From Verrucomicrobiales bacterium (lineage in GTDB: Bacteria > Verrucomicrobiota > Verrucomicrobiia > Limisphaerales > JAYPEY01): DNA of 64,000 nt. Below, one piece after another: positions 55,128 through 64,000 of this stretch. Numbering within the stretch: position 1 is the stretch's first letter; each line of letters begins with the position of its first letter. The DNA lies in NCBI GenBank assembly GCA_038126035.1, contig JAYPEY010000002.1, positions 82,837 to 146,836 on the forward strand, read 5' to 3'. The position numbers were made by a program, and so were the translations under genes. The notes under the pieces are model-generated. The model worked only from the letters and a program-made list of their open reading frames with translations. It did no database searches and had not been told where the DNA came from.

Positions 55128-58100
55128 ATGGCGCCACCTGATCCATACCGCACCACATGGTTCCTCCTGCGGTGGTCCGGGCGCATCGTTCTCGGGATGC
55201 TGATCGCGTTCCCCCTCTTTTCCGCCCCGGCCGCAAACCAGGCCCCGGTCATCGCGGATCAGACTTTCGAACTCGATGAGAATGCCGCCCTCGGCTCCCC
55301 GCCCTCCCCGAACAACGGCGTGATCGCCGCCTCCGACCCCGACCTGCCCGCCAACCAGCTCACCTTCCGCATTGTTGGCGGCAACTCCGACAGCGCCTTC
55401 GCCCTCGATCCCGTCTCCGGCAGATTGACGGTCGCCAATCCGGCCGCCATCGACTTCGAAAAACACGACGTCTTTCAGTTGACCATCGAGGTGGCCGACG
55501 ACGCGGGCGGCGAACTGTTCTCTTCCGACAACGCCTTCGATATCACCCCCGACACGCACGACACCCGCGCCATCCTGCTTCAGGACTTCAACCGGGACGG
55601 CCTCATGGATCTCGTCGAGGGCAATTACAACCAACGCAACCGGTTGCTGACCAACAACGGCTCGATGGGCAACCCCTTCTCCAGCACCAATGTCATCGCC
55701 ATCGGAGACCAGGGCAGCTCCACCCGGGCCGCCGCGACACTGGACTTCGACGGCAACGGCGCCCCCGATATCGTCTTCGCGAACGATGCCTCTCCGAACC
55801 ACGTCGCGCTCAACAACGACTCTCCGATCCCCTTCGACGCCGCGTCGGATTCCAACCTGACCGGAGACTCCCAGGCCTCCACGTCCATCGCTGTCGCCGA
55901 CACGGACGCCGACGACCATCCGGACATCGTCGTGGGAAACGGCGGCGCACGGAATCGTCTCTACCGCAACAACGGCACAGGCTCCCCTCTGAACAACCTG
56001 ATCGGGGAATTCGTCGACGAGGACGGTTTCGACACCCGCGCCATCGCCTTGGCCGACTTCGACGGCGACGGTTTGATCGATCTCGCCGAAGGCGCGGACG
56101 GTCGCCTGATCCAACTCCGGGGGAACAACGGATTCCAGGGATTCAACCCCTTCGAATTTGTCGCCCCTGCGTATGTCGGGACCTTCGCCGGCGCCACCCG
56201 GGCGCTCCTTGCTGTCGATCTGAACGGCGACGGATTCCCTGACCTGATCGAGGGAAACGCCGCCTCGCAGGCCAATCTTCTTTTCCTTAATCTGGCGGCC
56301 GGACCAGGGTTGGAACCGTTTGACGGCGTTGGCGGCGTTTCCTTCTCGTCAGACCGGCACGACACGTTTGCGCTTGACGTGGGCGACCTCAACGGCGACG
56401 GCCGACCAGACCTTGTTGTCGGCAACAGCGGCGCCGTGAACCGCATCCATCTGCACAACGGAACCTCCAGCCCCTTTGGCGAGGGGAACGATCTCACCAC
56501 AGACGCCCATGAAACCCGGGCGCTCGCCATTGCCGACGTCAACGGCGACGGCGCGCCCGACATTGTGGCGGGAAACAAGGACCAGCCAAACCGCCTTTAC
56601 CTCAACAATCTCCGCTCCGCCTCGGCCACGATCACGATCCGGGTCAACAACCTCAACGACCCGCCCACGGCGGCGAACCAGTCCTTTTCCATCGCTGAGA
56701 ACCCGCCGCCGGCCGCCGTCGTGGGGACCGCGACCGCGACCGATCAGGACCAGGACCAGGTGAGCTTCGCCTTCTCCCCGACGGAGCATCCGGCCTTCGC
56801 CATCGATCCGCAGACCGGCGTCATCACGGTCAAGGACACCGGTCTCATCAACTTCGAACAGACTGCGCGGTTCACCATCGACGCCGTCGCCACGGACAAC
56901 GGCGCCCCCGCTCCGGAATCCACCGCCTTCCAGATCGAGATCGATGTGTTGGACCGGAATGACCCTCCCGCGATCTCCGCGGGCCAGGTCTTTGCCATCG
57001 ACGAAAACTCGCCTGACGGAACGGTGGTCGGCTCGGTTGCCGTCACGGACGAGGACCTGGCCAACTCCCCGCCCGACACCCACCGCTTCGCCATTGCCGG
57101 CGCCAACACCGGCGTCTTCGAAATCGACCAGGACACCGGCCAGATCCGGGTCAGGGACTCGACTCAACTCGACGCCGAGGTTGTGAGCTCGTTCATGCTG
57201 TCAATCACCGTCACCGACGGCGGTCTGTTTACCGACTCCGAAACCGTGATCGTCAATCTGAACAACCTCCCTGAGCCGCCGGCTCTGCCGCCCAACCAGG
57301 TCTTCATGATTCCCGAAACCGCCGCTCCCGGCGCGCTTGTCGGACCGGGCGAAGGGCGCGTCCAGGTTTCTCCCACGGAACCCGGCGTTGCCTACTCATT
57401 CGCTATTCTGGGAGACGCTCCGTTCGCCATCGATCCCGCCACCGGCGCCCTGACGGTCGCCAATCCGACCGCGCTGGACTACGAACCTTTGGCCCCCGAC
57501 TTCTTCTTCAATGTGACTGTGCGCGTCAGCGACGACAACTCGCCCAGTCTGTCATCCACCGCCGTCGTCAGGGTCAATGTCGGGGACGTCAACGAACCGC
57601 CGTCGCTCGCAGCCGGGCAGAGCTTCGATATTGTCGAACATCTCGCCAACGGCTCGATGGTCGGAACGCTGCAGTTCAGCGATCCCGACCTCGGAGACAC
57701 GCCGTTGTTCTCGATTGATTCCCCCGCCTTGTCCATCGACGCAGCCGGGATCATCACGGTGGCCGACTACCGGCTGTTGGACTTTGAGACCGCCCCGACT
57801 CTGACGCCGGTCGTGACCCTCACAGATCGCGAGGGCGCCGGCCTTTCCGACACCGGCTCCATCACCATAAACCTCTCGGATCGCAATGATCCGCCGGTGA
57901 TCGCGCTCCCCGCGCCGGCCATGCTCCTTGAGGATTCCCAGGTCGTGGTCACCGGCGTCGCCGTATCCGAGAACGAGAACGGAAGCGACCCGTTGCTGCT
58001 CGACCTGCAGGTTTCCCATGGCGCCCTCACCCTGCTCGACACCGCCGGACTGACGCTCGCCGACAGCGACGGCTCCGACGGAACCCTTCGGTTGTCCGGT

Positions 58101-61100
58101 TCCCTGGACGCCTTGACCGCCGCGCTCTCAGCAGGATTACGATACACGCCCGCGCCGGATTATTCCGGCGCCGACACCTTGATCGTCATCGCCGACGACC
58201 AGGACGACGCCGGTCTGGGCGGGCGGGCCGTAGCCCGGGAGGAACTGGCCATCACCATCATTCCGGTCAACGACGCGCCCTCGGTTTCGGTTTCAACGCT
58301 GCAACCCGTCCAGGAAGACGCCGGCCCGCAGGCCGTCGCCGACTGGGCCGTGTTTGCGCCCGGTCCGTCGGCTGAATCCGGGCAACTCCCCTCGGGCTTT
58401 CTGGTATCCGACGTGGCAGAGGGCTTCTTTTCACAACCGCCTGAGGTCGATCTCGATGGAAACCTCACCTTCCTGACCGCGACCAACGTCAACGGCGAAG
58501 CCTCCTTCACCCTCCGTGTCCGGGACGACGGGGGAACCGCCAACAACGGCGTCGACACCTCGCCCCCGATCCAGATCACGCTGATCGTCGCCCCGGTCAA
58601 TGACGCCCCCTCGTTCACCGCCTCAAATCCGCCTCCAGTGAACGAGGATTCCGGAAGCCACATCCTCCCCGGCTGGATCCAACAGGCCAGCGCCGGACCG
58701 CCCGACGAGACCGGCCAATCCCTCAGCTTTGTCGTCGAGAACGTCAGCGACGAGTTTGCATTCCAATCTCCGCCGACCATTTCACCGGACGGGACGTTGA
58801 GTTTTTCCCTCGCCCCAGACGCCAATGGCGCCGTCACGTTCGACGTCTTCGCCATGGACGACGGCGGCGTGGAGGACAACGGACTGGACAGATCCCCCGC
58901 CCAAACCTTCATGGCGTCGATCGTTCCGGTCAACGATCCCCCCACCACGCAGTTGATCCCGCTTCCTGGATTCCAGGAGGACGCCGGGCCCCAGACTGTT
59001 GCCTCCTTTGCCGAGTTTTTCCCCGGCCCCGACAACGAATCGGGACAGAGCGTCTCGACTTTCCTGGTCTCCGGCCTCTCCAATCCGGACCTCTTTGCTC
59101 AACCGCCGACCATCAACAGTTCCGGCGACCTCTCCTTCACCCCCGCCGCCAACGCCAACGGGACCGCCACCTTCACTGTCGCCGTCCGCGACGACGGAGG
59201 CGCACAGAACGGCGGACTCGACACCTCCCCCGGCCTGCCGGCCACGATCGTCATTCTCCCCGGAAACGACCCCCCGGTCATTCAACCGCCCCCGTCCACG
59301 CCCTCCGGATTCGAAGACGCGCCGCTCCTGATCACCGACATCGTCGTCAGCGACGTCGACGCCTCGAACGAATCCCTCCGCGTCAACCTCTCCATTCCCC
59401 ATGGCTCCCTGACCCCCACCGAGGGAACGGCCCTCATCTTTCCCGATTTCGACGGATCGGACGGAACCCTGGAATTCATCGGCTCCCAGTTCCGCATCAA
59501 CAAGTCCTTCGAAAGCGGGTTCATCTACACCCCCGCTCCGGATTTCTTCGGACAGCCAAAACTGACCGTCACCGTCAATGATCTGGGAAACTCCGGCGAA
59601 GGCGGTCCGCAGAGCGCCTCCATCGACCTGCCGGTGAACGTCGAGCCGGTGAACGATCTTCCGTCAACCGCCGGCATCCCCGACCGGACGGTTCCCAGGG
59701 ATTCCACACGCGTCACCGTTGCGCTTGGCGCCGCATTCGACGATATCGAGGACGCCGACCACGCACTCCTTTACGAAGTCGTTTCAAACACCAACCCCGG
59801 ACTCTTTGGCGAGGTCCGGATCGAACCCGCCACGGCAACGCTCATCCTGGTCCCGAACCCGGGCGTCACGGGCGCCTCCAGATTGAACGTCCGGGCGACC
59901 GACACCTCCGGAGCCCGGGTCGAGACCGCCTTCTTCGTCGTGGTCCGCGATGTTCAGCAGAGCCGTCTGTCGGCCGCCATGCCTGAAATGGAGGACTGGT
60001 TCGGACAAAGCGTCTCCGTCCACGGCGACCTGCTCGCCGTCGGCGCCTGGCAGGACGATCGCCTTGGCGAAAACGCCGGAGCCGTCCGCCTCTTCGGACG
60101 CATCCCCGGCGCTGAGGACGCGTGGGAACCGGTCCGGACCGTCACCGCACCGGATGCCGCGGCCGGTGACGCCTTCGGCCGTTCACTCGCCCTCGAAGGC
60201 GACACCCTGGTCGTCGGGGCGGTGGGAGCCGTTCATGTATTTCAACGGCATCACGGAGGCCCTGATGCATGGGGACGGGTCGCGAAACTGACATCCTCCG
60301 GTTCCCAGTTCGGTTGGTGCGTCTCCTTAAGCGGCGACACACTGCTCGCGGGCGCCCTGCTCGCGGAGGTTCAGGGCGTGCAGAATGTCGGCGCAGTCTT
60401 CCTGTTCGAACGTCATCACCCATCACCCGATCAGTGGGGCATGACCCGCATGCTGGCTCCCGGCGATCCCTCCGCCGACCAACAGTTCGGCTCCGCGGTC
60501 TCCATCGAGCAGGACACCGCCATTGTCGGCTCCCCCTCCGACGGTCCCGGATCCGTCTACGTCTTCGAACGCAACCAGGGCGGGTCGGATCAATGGGGAC
60601 AGGTCGCGAAGCGTCGCCCCACGCCCCTTGCCGCCGGCGCCCGGTTTGGCGGCGCCGTGGCTTTGTCCGGCGACGACGCCGTCATCGGCGCCTATCGCGA
60701 TGACGTCCACGGCGAGCATTCCGGATCCGCCTTCGTCCTCTCACGCAATCAGGGCGGGGCCGCGAATTGGGGCCAGGCCGCCCGCCTCGACGCCGCCGAC
60801 GGCACGGTCGGCGACTTTTTCGGCTACGCCGTGGCGATCGATGGCGGGCGCATCTTTGTCGGCTGTCATCAGGATGACGACGGCGGCTCCAATTCCGGTT
60901 CTGTTCATCAGTTTCTTCGCAGTCAGAACGGCCCGGGCCAATGGGGTTTTGTGAAGAAGCTCACCGCATCGGACGCCTCCGCCGGCGCGATGTTTGGCTT
61001 CGCGCTCTCCGCGCATCAGAACACGCTCGCCGTCGGCGTCCCCGGCGACTCATCCGATGCGCCCGAAGCCGGCGCTGTTCGCGTCATTCGTGAAGGCACG

Positions 61101-61493
61101 CCGCTGGAGGAATTTCGCTCCGCAAACTTCGCGTTGATCGATCTCGCCCATGCCGATCGTCGCGCCGCCATCTGGGGCGAGAACGCCGATCCGGACAACG
61201 ACGGGGACAGCAACCTCGCCGAATTTGTCATGGGCCTTGATCCCAACAATGCAGCGTCGCGATTCCGGTTCGATATCACGGCGCCGTCAATGTCGCCCGC
61301 GCAACGGAAGATCTCCTTCGGCCCCATCGTTCCCGGGCGCAGCTACGCCCTGGAGTTCAACGACCGTCTGGGGGCGGGCTCGTTCGTTCCCGAGCCATCA
61401 CCGCTCACGACCGAACCGAACGACCTGCGAAGCCTGATCGTCAGCCCCGGGCCGACCTTCCAGGCCTGGCGTGTGAGGGTTTCGTTTCCCTGA
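55128..61493 (+). CDS. Giant (~2120 aa) secreted adhesin-like protein: cadherin-like domains, two 7-bladed FG-GAP (integrin-alpha-like) propellers, tandem VNDAPS-type Ig-like repeats
   Basis: Cadherin-type linkers (NQAPVIADQTFELDEN, NDPPTAANQSFSIAEN, NDPPAISAGQVFAIDEN, NEPPSLAAGQSFDIVEH). 7 x D.(N/D)GDG.(P/I)D(L/I)V.GN. 7 x FG.(S/A)V(A/S)..GD..(A/V)VGA. Repeated PVNDAPS/PVNDPPT modules. C-terminal DPDNDGDSNLAEF. Confidence 0.85.
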   Translation: MAPPDPYRTTWFLLRWSGRIVLGMLIAFPLFSAPAANQAPVIADQTFELDENAALGSPPSPNNGVIAASDPDLPANQLTFRIVGGNSDSAFALDPVSGRLTVANPAAIDFEKHDVFQLTIEVADDAGGELFSSDNAFDITPDTHDTRAILLQDFNRDGLMDLVEGNYNQRNRLLTNNGSMGNPFSSTNVIAIGDQGSSTRAAATLDFDGNGAPDIVFANDASPNHVALNNDSPIPFDAASDSNLTGDSQASTSIAVADTDADDHPDIVVGNGGARNRLYRNNGTGSPLNNLIGEFVDEDGFDTRAIALADFDGDGLIDLAEGADGRLIQLRGNNGFQGFNPFEFVAPAYVGTFAGATRALLAVDLNGDGFPDLIEGNAASQANLLFLNLAAGPGLEPFDGVGGVSFSSDRHDTFALDVGDLNGDGRPDLVVGNSGAVNRIHLHNGTSSPFGEGNDLTTDAHETRALAIADVNGDGAPDIVAGNKDQPNRLYLNNLRSASATITIRVNNLNDPPTAANQSFSIAENPPPAAVVGTATATDQDQDQVSFAFSPTEHPAFAIDPQTGVITVKDTGLINFEQTARFTIDAVATDNGAPAPESTAFQIEIDVLDRNDPPAISAGQVFAIDENSPDGTVVGSVAVTDEDLANSPPDTHRFAIAGANTGVFEIDQDTGQIRVRDSTQLDAEVVSSFMLSITVTDGGLFTDSETVIVNLNNLPEPPALPPNQVFMIPETAAPGALVGPGEGRVQVSPTEPGVAYSFAILGDAPFAIDPATGALTVANPTALDYEPLAPDFFFNVTVRVSDDNSPSLSSTAVVRVNVGDVNEPPSLAAGQSFDIVEHLANGSMVGTLQFSDPDLGDTPLFSIDSPALSIDAAGIITVADYRLLDFETAPTLTPVVTLTDREGAGLSDTGSITINLSDRNDPPVIALPAPAMLLEDSQVVVTGVAVSENENGSDPLLLDLQVSHGALTLLDTAGLTLADSDGSDGTLRLSGSLDALTAALSAGLRYTPAPDYSGADTLIVIADDQDDAGLGGRAVAREELAITIIPVNDAPSVSVSTLQPVQEDAGPQAVADWAVFAPGPSAESGQLPSGFLVSDVAEGFFSQPPEVDLDGNLTFLTATNVNGEASFTLRVRDDGGTANNGVDTSPPIQITLIVAPVNDAPSFTASNPPPVNEDSGSHILPGWIQQASAGPPDETGQSLSFVVENVSDEFAFQSPPTISPDGTLSFSLAPDANGAVTFDVFAMDDGGVEDNGLDRSPAQTFMASIVPVNDPPTTQLIPLPGFQEDAGPQTVASFAEFFPGPDNESGQSVSTFLVSGLSNPDLFAQPPTINSSGDLSFTPAANANGTATFTVAVRDDGGAQNGGLDTSPGLPATIVILPGNDPPVIQPPPSTPSGFEDAPLLITDIVVSDVDASNESLRVNLSIPHGSLTPTEGTALIFPDFDGSDGTLEFIGSQFRINKSFESGFIYTPAPDFFGQPKLTVTVNDLGNSGEGGPQSASIDLPVNVEPVNDLPSTAGIPDRTVPRDSTRVTVALGAAFDDIEDADHALLYEVVSNTNPGLFGEVRIEPATATLILVPNPGVTGASRLNVRATDTSGARVETAFFVVVRDVQQSRLSAAMPEMEDWFGQSVSVHGDLLAVGAWQDDRLGENAGAVRLFGRIPGAEDAWEPVRTVTAPDAAAGDAFGRSLALEGDTLVVGAVGAVHVFQRHHGGPDAWGRVAKLTSSGSQFGWCVSLSGDTLLAGALLAEVQGVQNVGAVFLFERHHPSPDQWGMTRMLAPGDPSADQQFGSAVSIEQDTAIVGSPSDGPGSVYVFERNQGGSDQWGQVAKRRPTPLAAGARFGGAVALSGDDAVIGAYRDDVHGEHSGSAFVLSRNQGGAANWGQAARLDAADGTVGDFFGYAVAIDGGRIFVGCHQDDDGGSNSGSVHQFLRSQNGPGQWGFVKKLTASDASAGAMFGFALSAHQNTLAVGVPGDSSDAPEAGAVRVIREGTPLEEFRSANFALIDLAHADRRAAIWGENADPDNDGDSNLAEFVMGLDPNNAASRFRFDITAPSMSPAQRKISFGPIVPGRSYALEFNDRLGAGSFVPEPSPLTTEPNDLRSLIVSPGPTFQAWRVRVSFP

Positions 61494-61501
61494 GCCCGTT
61501 C

Positions 61502-62539
61502 TCAGCCCGCGGGATTCACGATCACCTTCATCAGCCCCTCCTCGCCGCTGTAAAGCCGGTCAAACCAGCCCGGCGTCTCCGCCAGCGAGGCCCGCGCCGA
61601 GATGAAAGGCTCCACCTTGATCTTCCCCTCGGCCAGCAACTGCAGCGAATCGGGAAACTCCGTGTTCGACGCGCAACTGCCGAAGATCGTCAGTTCCCGC
61701 GTCACCACGGCCTGCATCGGCAGTTCCACGGTCGGCGCAAGGTTGCCGACGAAAGTGATGTAGCCGCCCCGGCGCACAACCTCCACCGAGGTCTTCACCG
61801 TGGGCGTCGCCCCCACCACCTCCATGGCGATGTCCGCGCCATGGCCCCCGGTCAGGTCGTTCACCGCGTCCATGACGTTGTCGGATTTCGGATTCAATGT
61901 CAGATCGGCGCCCAGGGTCCCGGCCAGTTTCAGCTTCTCGTCCGCGAGATCAATGGCCACGACCTTCCCGCAGCCGGCGACCTTGAGGGCCTGCACCGTG
62001 AGCAGGCCGATCATGCCCGTTCCGACCACCACCGCCGTCTCCCCTCCCTTGATCGGCGTCCGCCGCACCGCGTGCATGGCGACCGTCGTGGGCTCGGTCA
62101 TGGCCGCGTGGTCGAAAGACACATCGTCCGGCACGAGGTAAAGATTCCGCGCCGGAACCGCGACGAACTCCGCGAAGGCGCCATCGCGGCGGAACTCGTC
62201 GCAGGAGACGCCCAACACCTTGCGGTCATTGCAGAGATTCGTCTCGTTTCGCCGGCAGTAGTCGCATTGACCGCAGGAAAGCATCGGATCGAAGGTGACG
62301 CGCGCGCCTTCGTTGACGCCTTCCACGCCCGCTCCCAACCGCTCCACGGAGCCGGACGCCTCGTGCCCCATGATCAGCGGCGGCTTGCGGCGCCCGCTGC
62401 CGCCGTCCCAGCCATGAATGTCGCTGCCGCAGATCCCGCAAGCCTGGACGCGGATCAGGACTTCATCCTCCGCCACCTCCGGCTCCGGCAGATCCGCAAC
62501 CTTCAACTGTTTGTATTCTTCAAGAAGCAATGCCTTCAT
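61502..62539 (-). CDS. Zinc-dependent alcohol/polyol dehydrogenase (MDR family, threonine/sorbitol-dehydrogenase-like)
   Basis: ACGICGSDIHGW, GHEASG, structural-zinc CGQCDYCRRNETNLC, GTGMIGLL Rossmann motif. Confidence 0.9.
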   Translation of the reverse strand: MKALLLEEYKQLKVADLPEPEVAEDEVLIRVQACGICGSDIHGWDGGSGRRKPPLIMGHEASGSVERLGAGVEGVNEGARVTFDPMLSCGQCDYCRRNETNLCNDRKVLGVSCDEFRRDGAFAEFVAVPARNLYLVPDDVSFDHAAMTEPTTVAMHAVRRTPIKGGETAVVVGTGMIGLLTVQALKVAGCGKVVAIDLADEKLKLAGTLGADLTLNPKSDNVMDAVNDLTGGHGADIAMEVVGATPTVKTSVEVVRRGGYITFVGNLAPTVELPMQAVVTRELTIFGSCASNTEFPDSLQLLAEGKIKVEPFISARASLAETPGWFDRLYSGEEGLMKVIVNPAG

Positions 62540-62711
62540 CGCCGGGATTCTTCGCTGACCGGAATTGAAATCTCAATTCTTTTGCGGCGCCGCGACGCAG
62601 AAGCGTCCGGTCTTGGAGGACCATGAGTAAATGAACGTCGCCCTCCGCGCCGATCGAACGCGGCTGGCCTCCCCCAGAACCTCAGTTTCGGCGCCTCCGC
62701 CCGTCATCCAA

Positions 62712-64000
62712 ATGATTGAAATGCCGCCGCGGTTCAGCCAGACTTCACCCAGTCTCAAATACAAAGTGAACAGCCGCCCCGTTTCTCCGGACACCCCCTC
62801 TGCGATTCCAACGCAGACACGTCCCCCGGCCGCGTTGCGTCTGATCCTTGTCCTCTTCTCCACGCTTGTCGCCCTCGGCGCGGCTGAGTTTGTCTGTCGC
62901 GCCGGCAGGCTCGCGCCCCCGATGCAGGCCATCTGGCTGGACGACGAGAAATCCCCCTACATCCGATCGCGCAATCCGATCCGCCGCCACGAACTGAAGC
63001 CTGGATTTGCAGCCGACACCCCCGCCGGGCGGGTCTCTATCAACTCCCACGGCTTTCGCGGTCCCGAGCGCGCGCACAGGAAACCGCCGAAGGTCAGGCG
63101 CATCGTCCTCCTCGGTGATTCCGTGGCCGAGGGCGTCAACACCGTCGCCGATGCGGACACTCTCGACCGCCAGTTGGAATCCCTGTATCCGCCCGGCGCT
63201 GTGGAGGTTCTCAACTTCGGCGTCGCCGGATACAACACCCTCGCCGCCATTGAGACATTGAAGGAACAGGCCGCCCGGTTCTCCCCGGACAGCGTCGTTC
63301 TCATCTTCGTGGTCAACGACTACATCGACTTCACCCTCGAACACACCCTCTCCGGCGGCGTGACCGAGCGCCCCAAAATCGTAAAAACCCTGTTCGAGCG
63401 CTCCTGGCTGTTCCGGCGGCTCTGCCTGCAGCTCAACCTGTTTCAGTTTCGTGATGAACTGGACACCGCTTCGTGGAACAAGAAGGCCGTCGGGGAAAGC
63501 AACGTGGTCCAGGGCCTTGACCGCTTCACCCAGCTCGCCAAGGAACATCGTTTCGCCCCCCTGATCGCCATCTGGCCGCACTTTCTGGACGACCGGATCG
63601 CCGACCGGCATTTCATGCCCGCGTCGGAAACCGACCTTGTCATCGAGACGCTTGCCCGGGCTCGGGGAATCCCCACCGTCCGGCTTTCGAAAGTCTTCAG
63701 TGACCATTGGCGGACGGTCGTCGACGCCAGCTCGCCCCGGGAGTTCTACACCGCCAAGGCTGACGGCATGCACCCCGCCAAACCGGCCATCGCGCTCGCC
63801 GTTCGCTCCCTCCGCGAGTTCATCGACCACCCGCCGCCGTCCGGCCCGCCGCCTCCTCCCGGCATCGCGCTCGCCGCCGAGGAGACCGCGCGAAGCCTGG
63901 GCGGAAAGGACTATCTCAGCGCCGCGCCGATGAAGTCCCGAATCTTCGAGGTGCTGCACCTCCAGGGAAGAACAGCCGAGGCCGAGGCTTACCTGAAATC
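62712..64000 (+). CDS. SGNH/GDSL-like hydrolase family protein with N-terminal TM; 3' end outside the window
   Basis: My own translation from the ATG at 62712 (absent from the track because there is no stop in the window): ..LRLILVLFSTLVALGAAEF.., RIVLLGDSVAEG (GDS block I), NFGVAGYNT (block II), IFVVNDY.., ..DGMHP (block V-like). The opposite-strand ORF 62745-63959 is a shadow. Confidence 0.6.
   Translation, partial: MIEMPPRFSQTSPSLKYKVNSRPVSPDTPSAIPTQTRPPAALRLILVLFSTLVALGAAEFVCRAGRLAPPMQAIWLDDEKSPYIRSRNPIRRHELKPGFAADTPAGRVSINSHGFRGPERAHRKPPKVRRIVLLGDSVAEGVNTVADADTLDRQLESLYPPGAVEVLNFGVAGYNTLAAIETLKEQAARFSPDSVVLIFVVNDYIDFTLEHTLSGGVTERPKIVKTLFERSWLFRRLCLQLNLFQFRDELDTASWNKKAVGESNVVQGLDRFTQLAKEHRFAPLIAIWPHFLDDRIADRHFMPASETDLVIETLARARGIPTVRLSKVFSDHWRTVVDASSPREFYTAKADGMHPAKPAIALAVRSLREFIDHPPPSGPPPPPGIALAAEETARSLGGKDYLSAAPMKSRIFEVLHLQGRTAEAEAYLK

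Noticed and set aside
1-64000. Genome-wide reassignment of TAG as a sense codon, prompted by the two in-frame TAGs at 5224 and 45352.
   Set aside because: TAG terminates several confidently identified genes at the expected C-terminus: map (34487-34489), serS (14800-14802), DUF1501 (21559-21561), the SDR (9102-9104), the cytochrome (21650-21652) and the DEDDh exonuclease (31814-31816). Global recoding is therefore not supported. Only local explanations remain.
1-64000. tRNA, rRNA, transposase, integrase, prophage or selenocysteine (in-frame TGA) features.
   Set aside because: No T-arm-like GGTTCGAAT/GTTCAAAT context appears outside coding sequence. No rRNA-like conserved strings were seen, and no DDE, tyrosine-recombinase or serine-recombinase ORFs. 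No gene pair would be joined into a known selenoprotein by reading through TGA. This was visual inspection only, not a covariance-model scan.

Overview
Visibly GC-rich bacterial chromosomal DNA (no GC value computed). The gene content is typical of the PVC superphylum, most consistent with Verrucomicrobiota, though Planctomycetota is not excluded. PVC-typical genes include a DUF1501 + PSCyt1/DUF1549/DUF1553 pair, a second DUF1501 gene, a PVC-type haem-binding dehydrogenase-like protein, a sulfatase, an 8-haem cytochrome c and two giant secreted propeller/cadherin proteins. These sit among housekeeping genes: gcvP 3' end, csp, hemW, slyD, lepA-lepB, glgA, serS, xthA, map and tatD. About 48 protein-coding genes are supported. 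I saw no rRNA, tRNA, CRISPR array, transposase, integrase or phage genes. Many long ORFs in the track are antisense shadows of real genes, and several track starts are alternative codons or repeat-encoded extensions; I re-placed those starts. Main points for follow-up: (1) The squalene-hopene cyclase is interrupted by an in-frame TAG at a normally conserved Tyr, and a second same-frame TAG separates two hypothetical ORFs, yet TAG is clearly a normal stop elsewhere. (2) A lower-GC islet boxed in by repeats encodes a small ORF coupled by a GTGA overlap to a Pol-beta-type nucleotidyltransferase that also carries an R-x4-H motif; this is a candidate toxin-antitoxin or defence module. (3) An unrecognised cassette of exported proteins surrounds a MacB/FtsX-type ABC transporter, directly downstream of a ~1390-aa secreted propeller + methyltransferase-fold + malectin protein. 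(4) A Rieske protein is translationally coupled to a DEDDh exonuclease. (5) A sulfatase has a C-C-S-S-R site instead of CxPxR and is coupled to a PhyH dioxygenase. (6) At least five families of intergenic palindromic or repeat elements are present, plus an attenuator-like structure upstream of serS. None of these amounts to a demonstrated new system. The functional readings are inference from motifs I can see and need database and structure searches.
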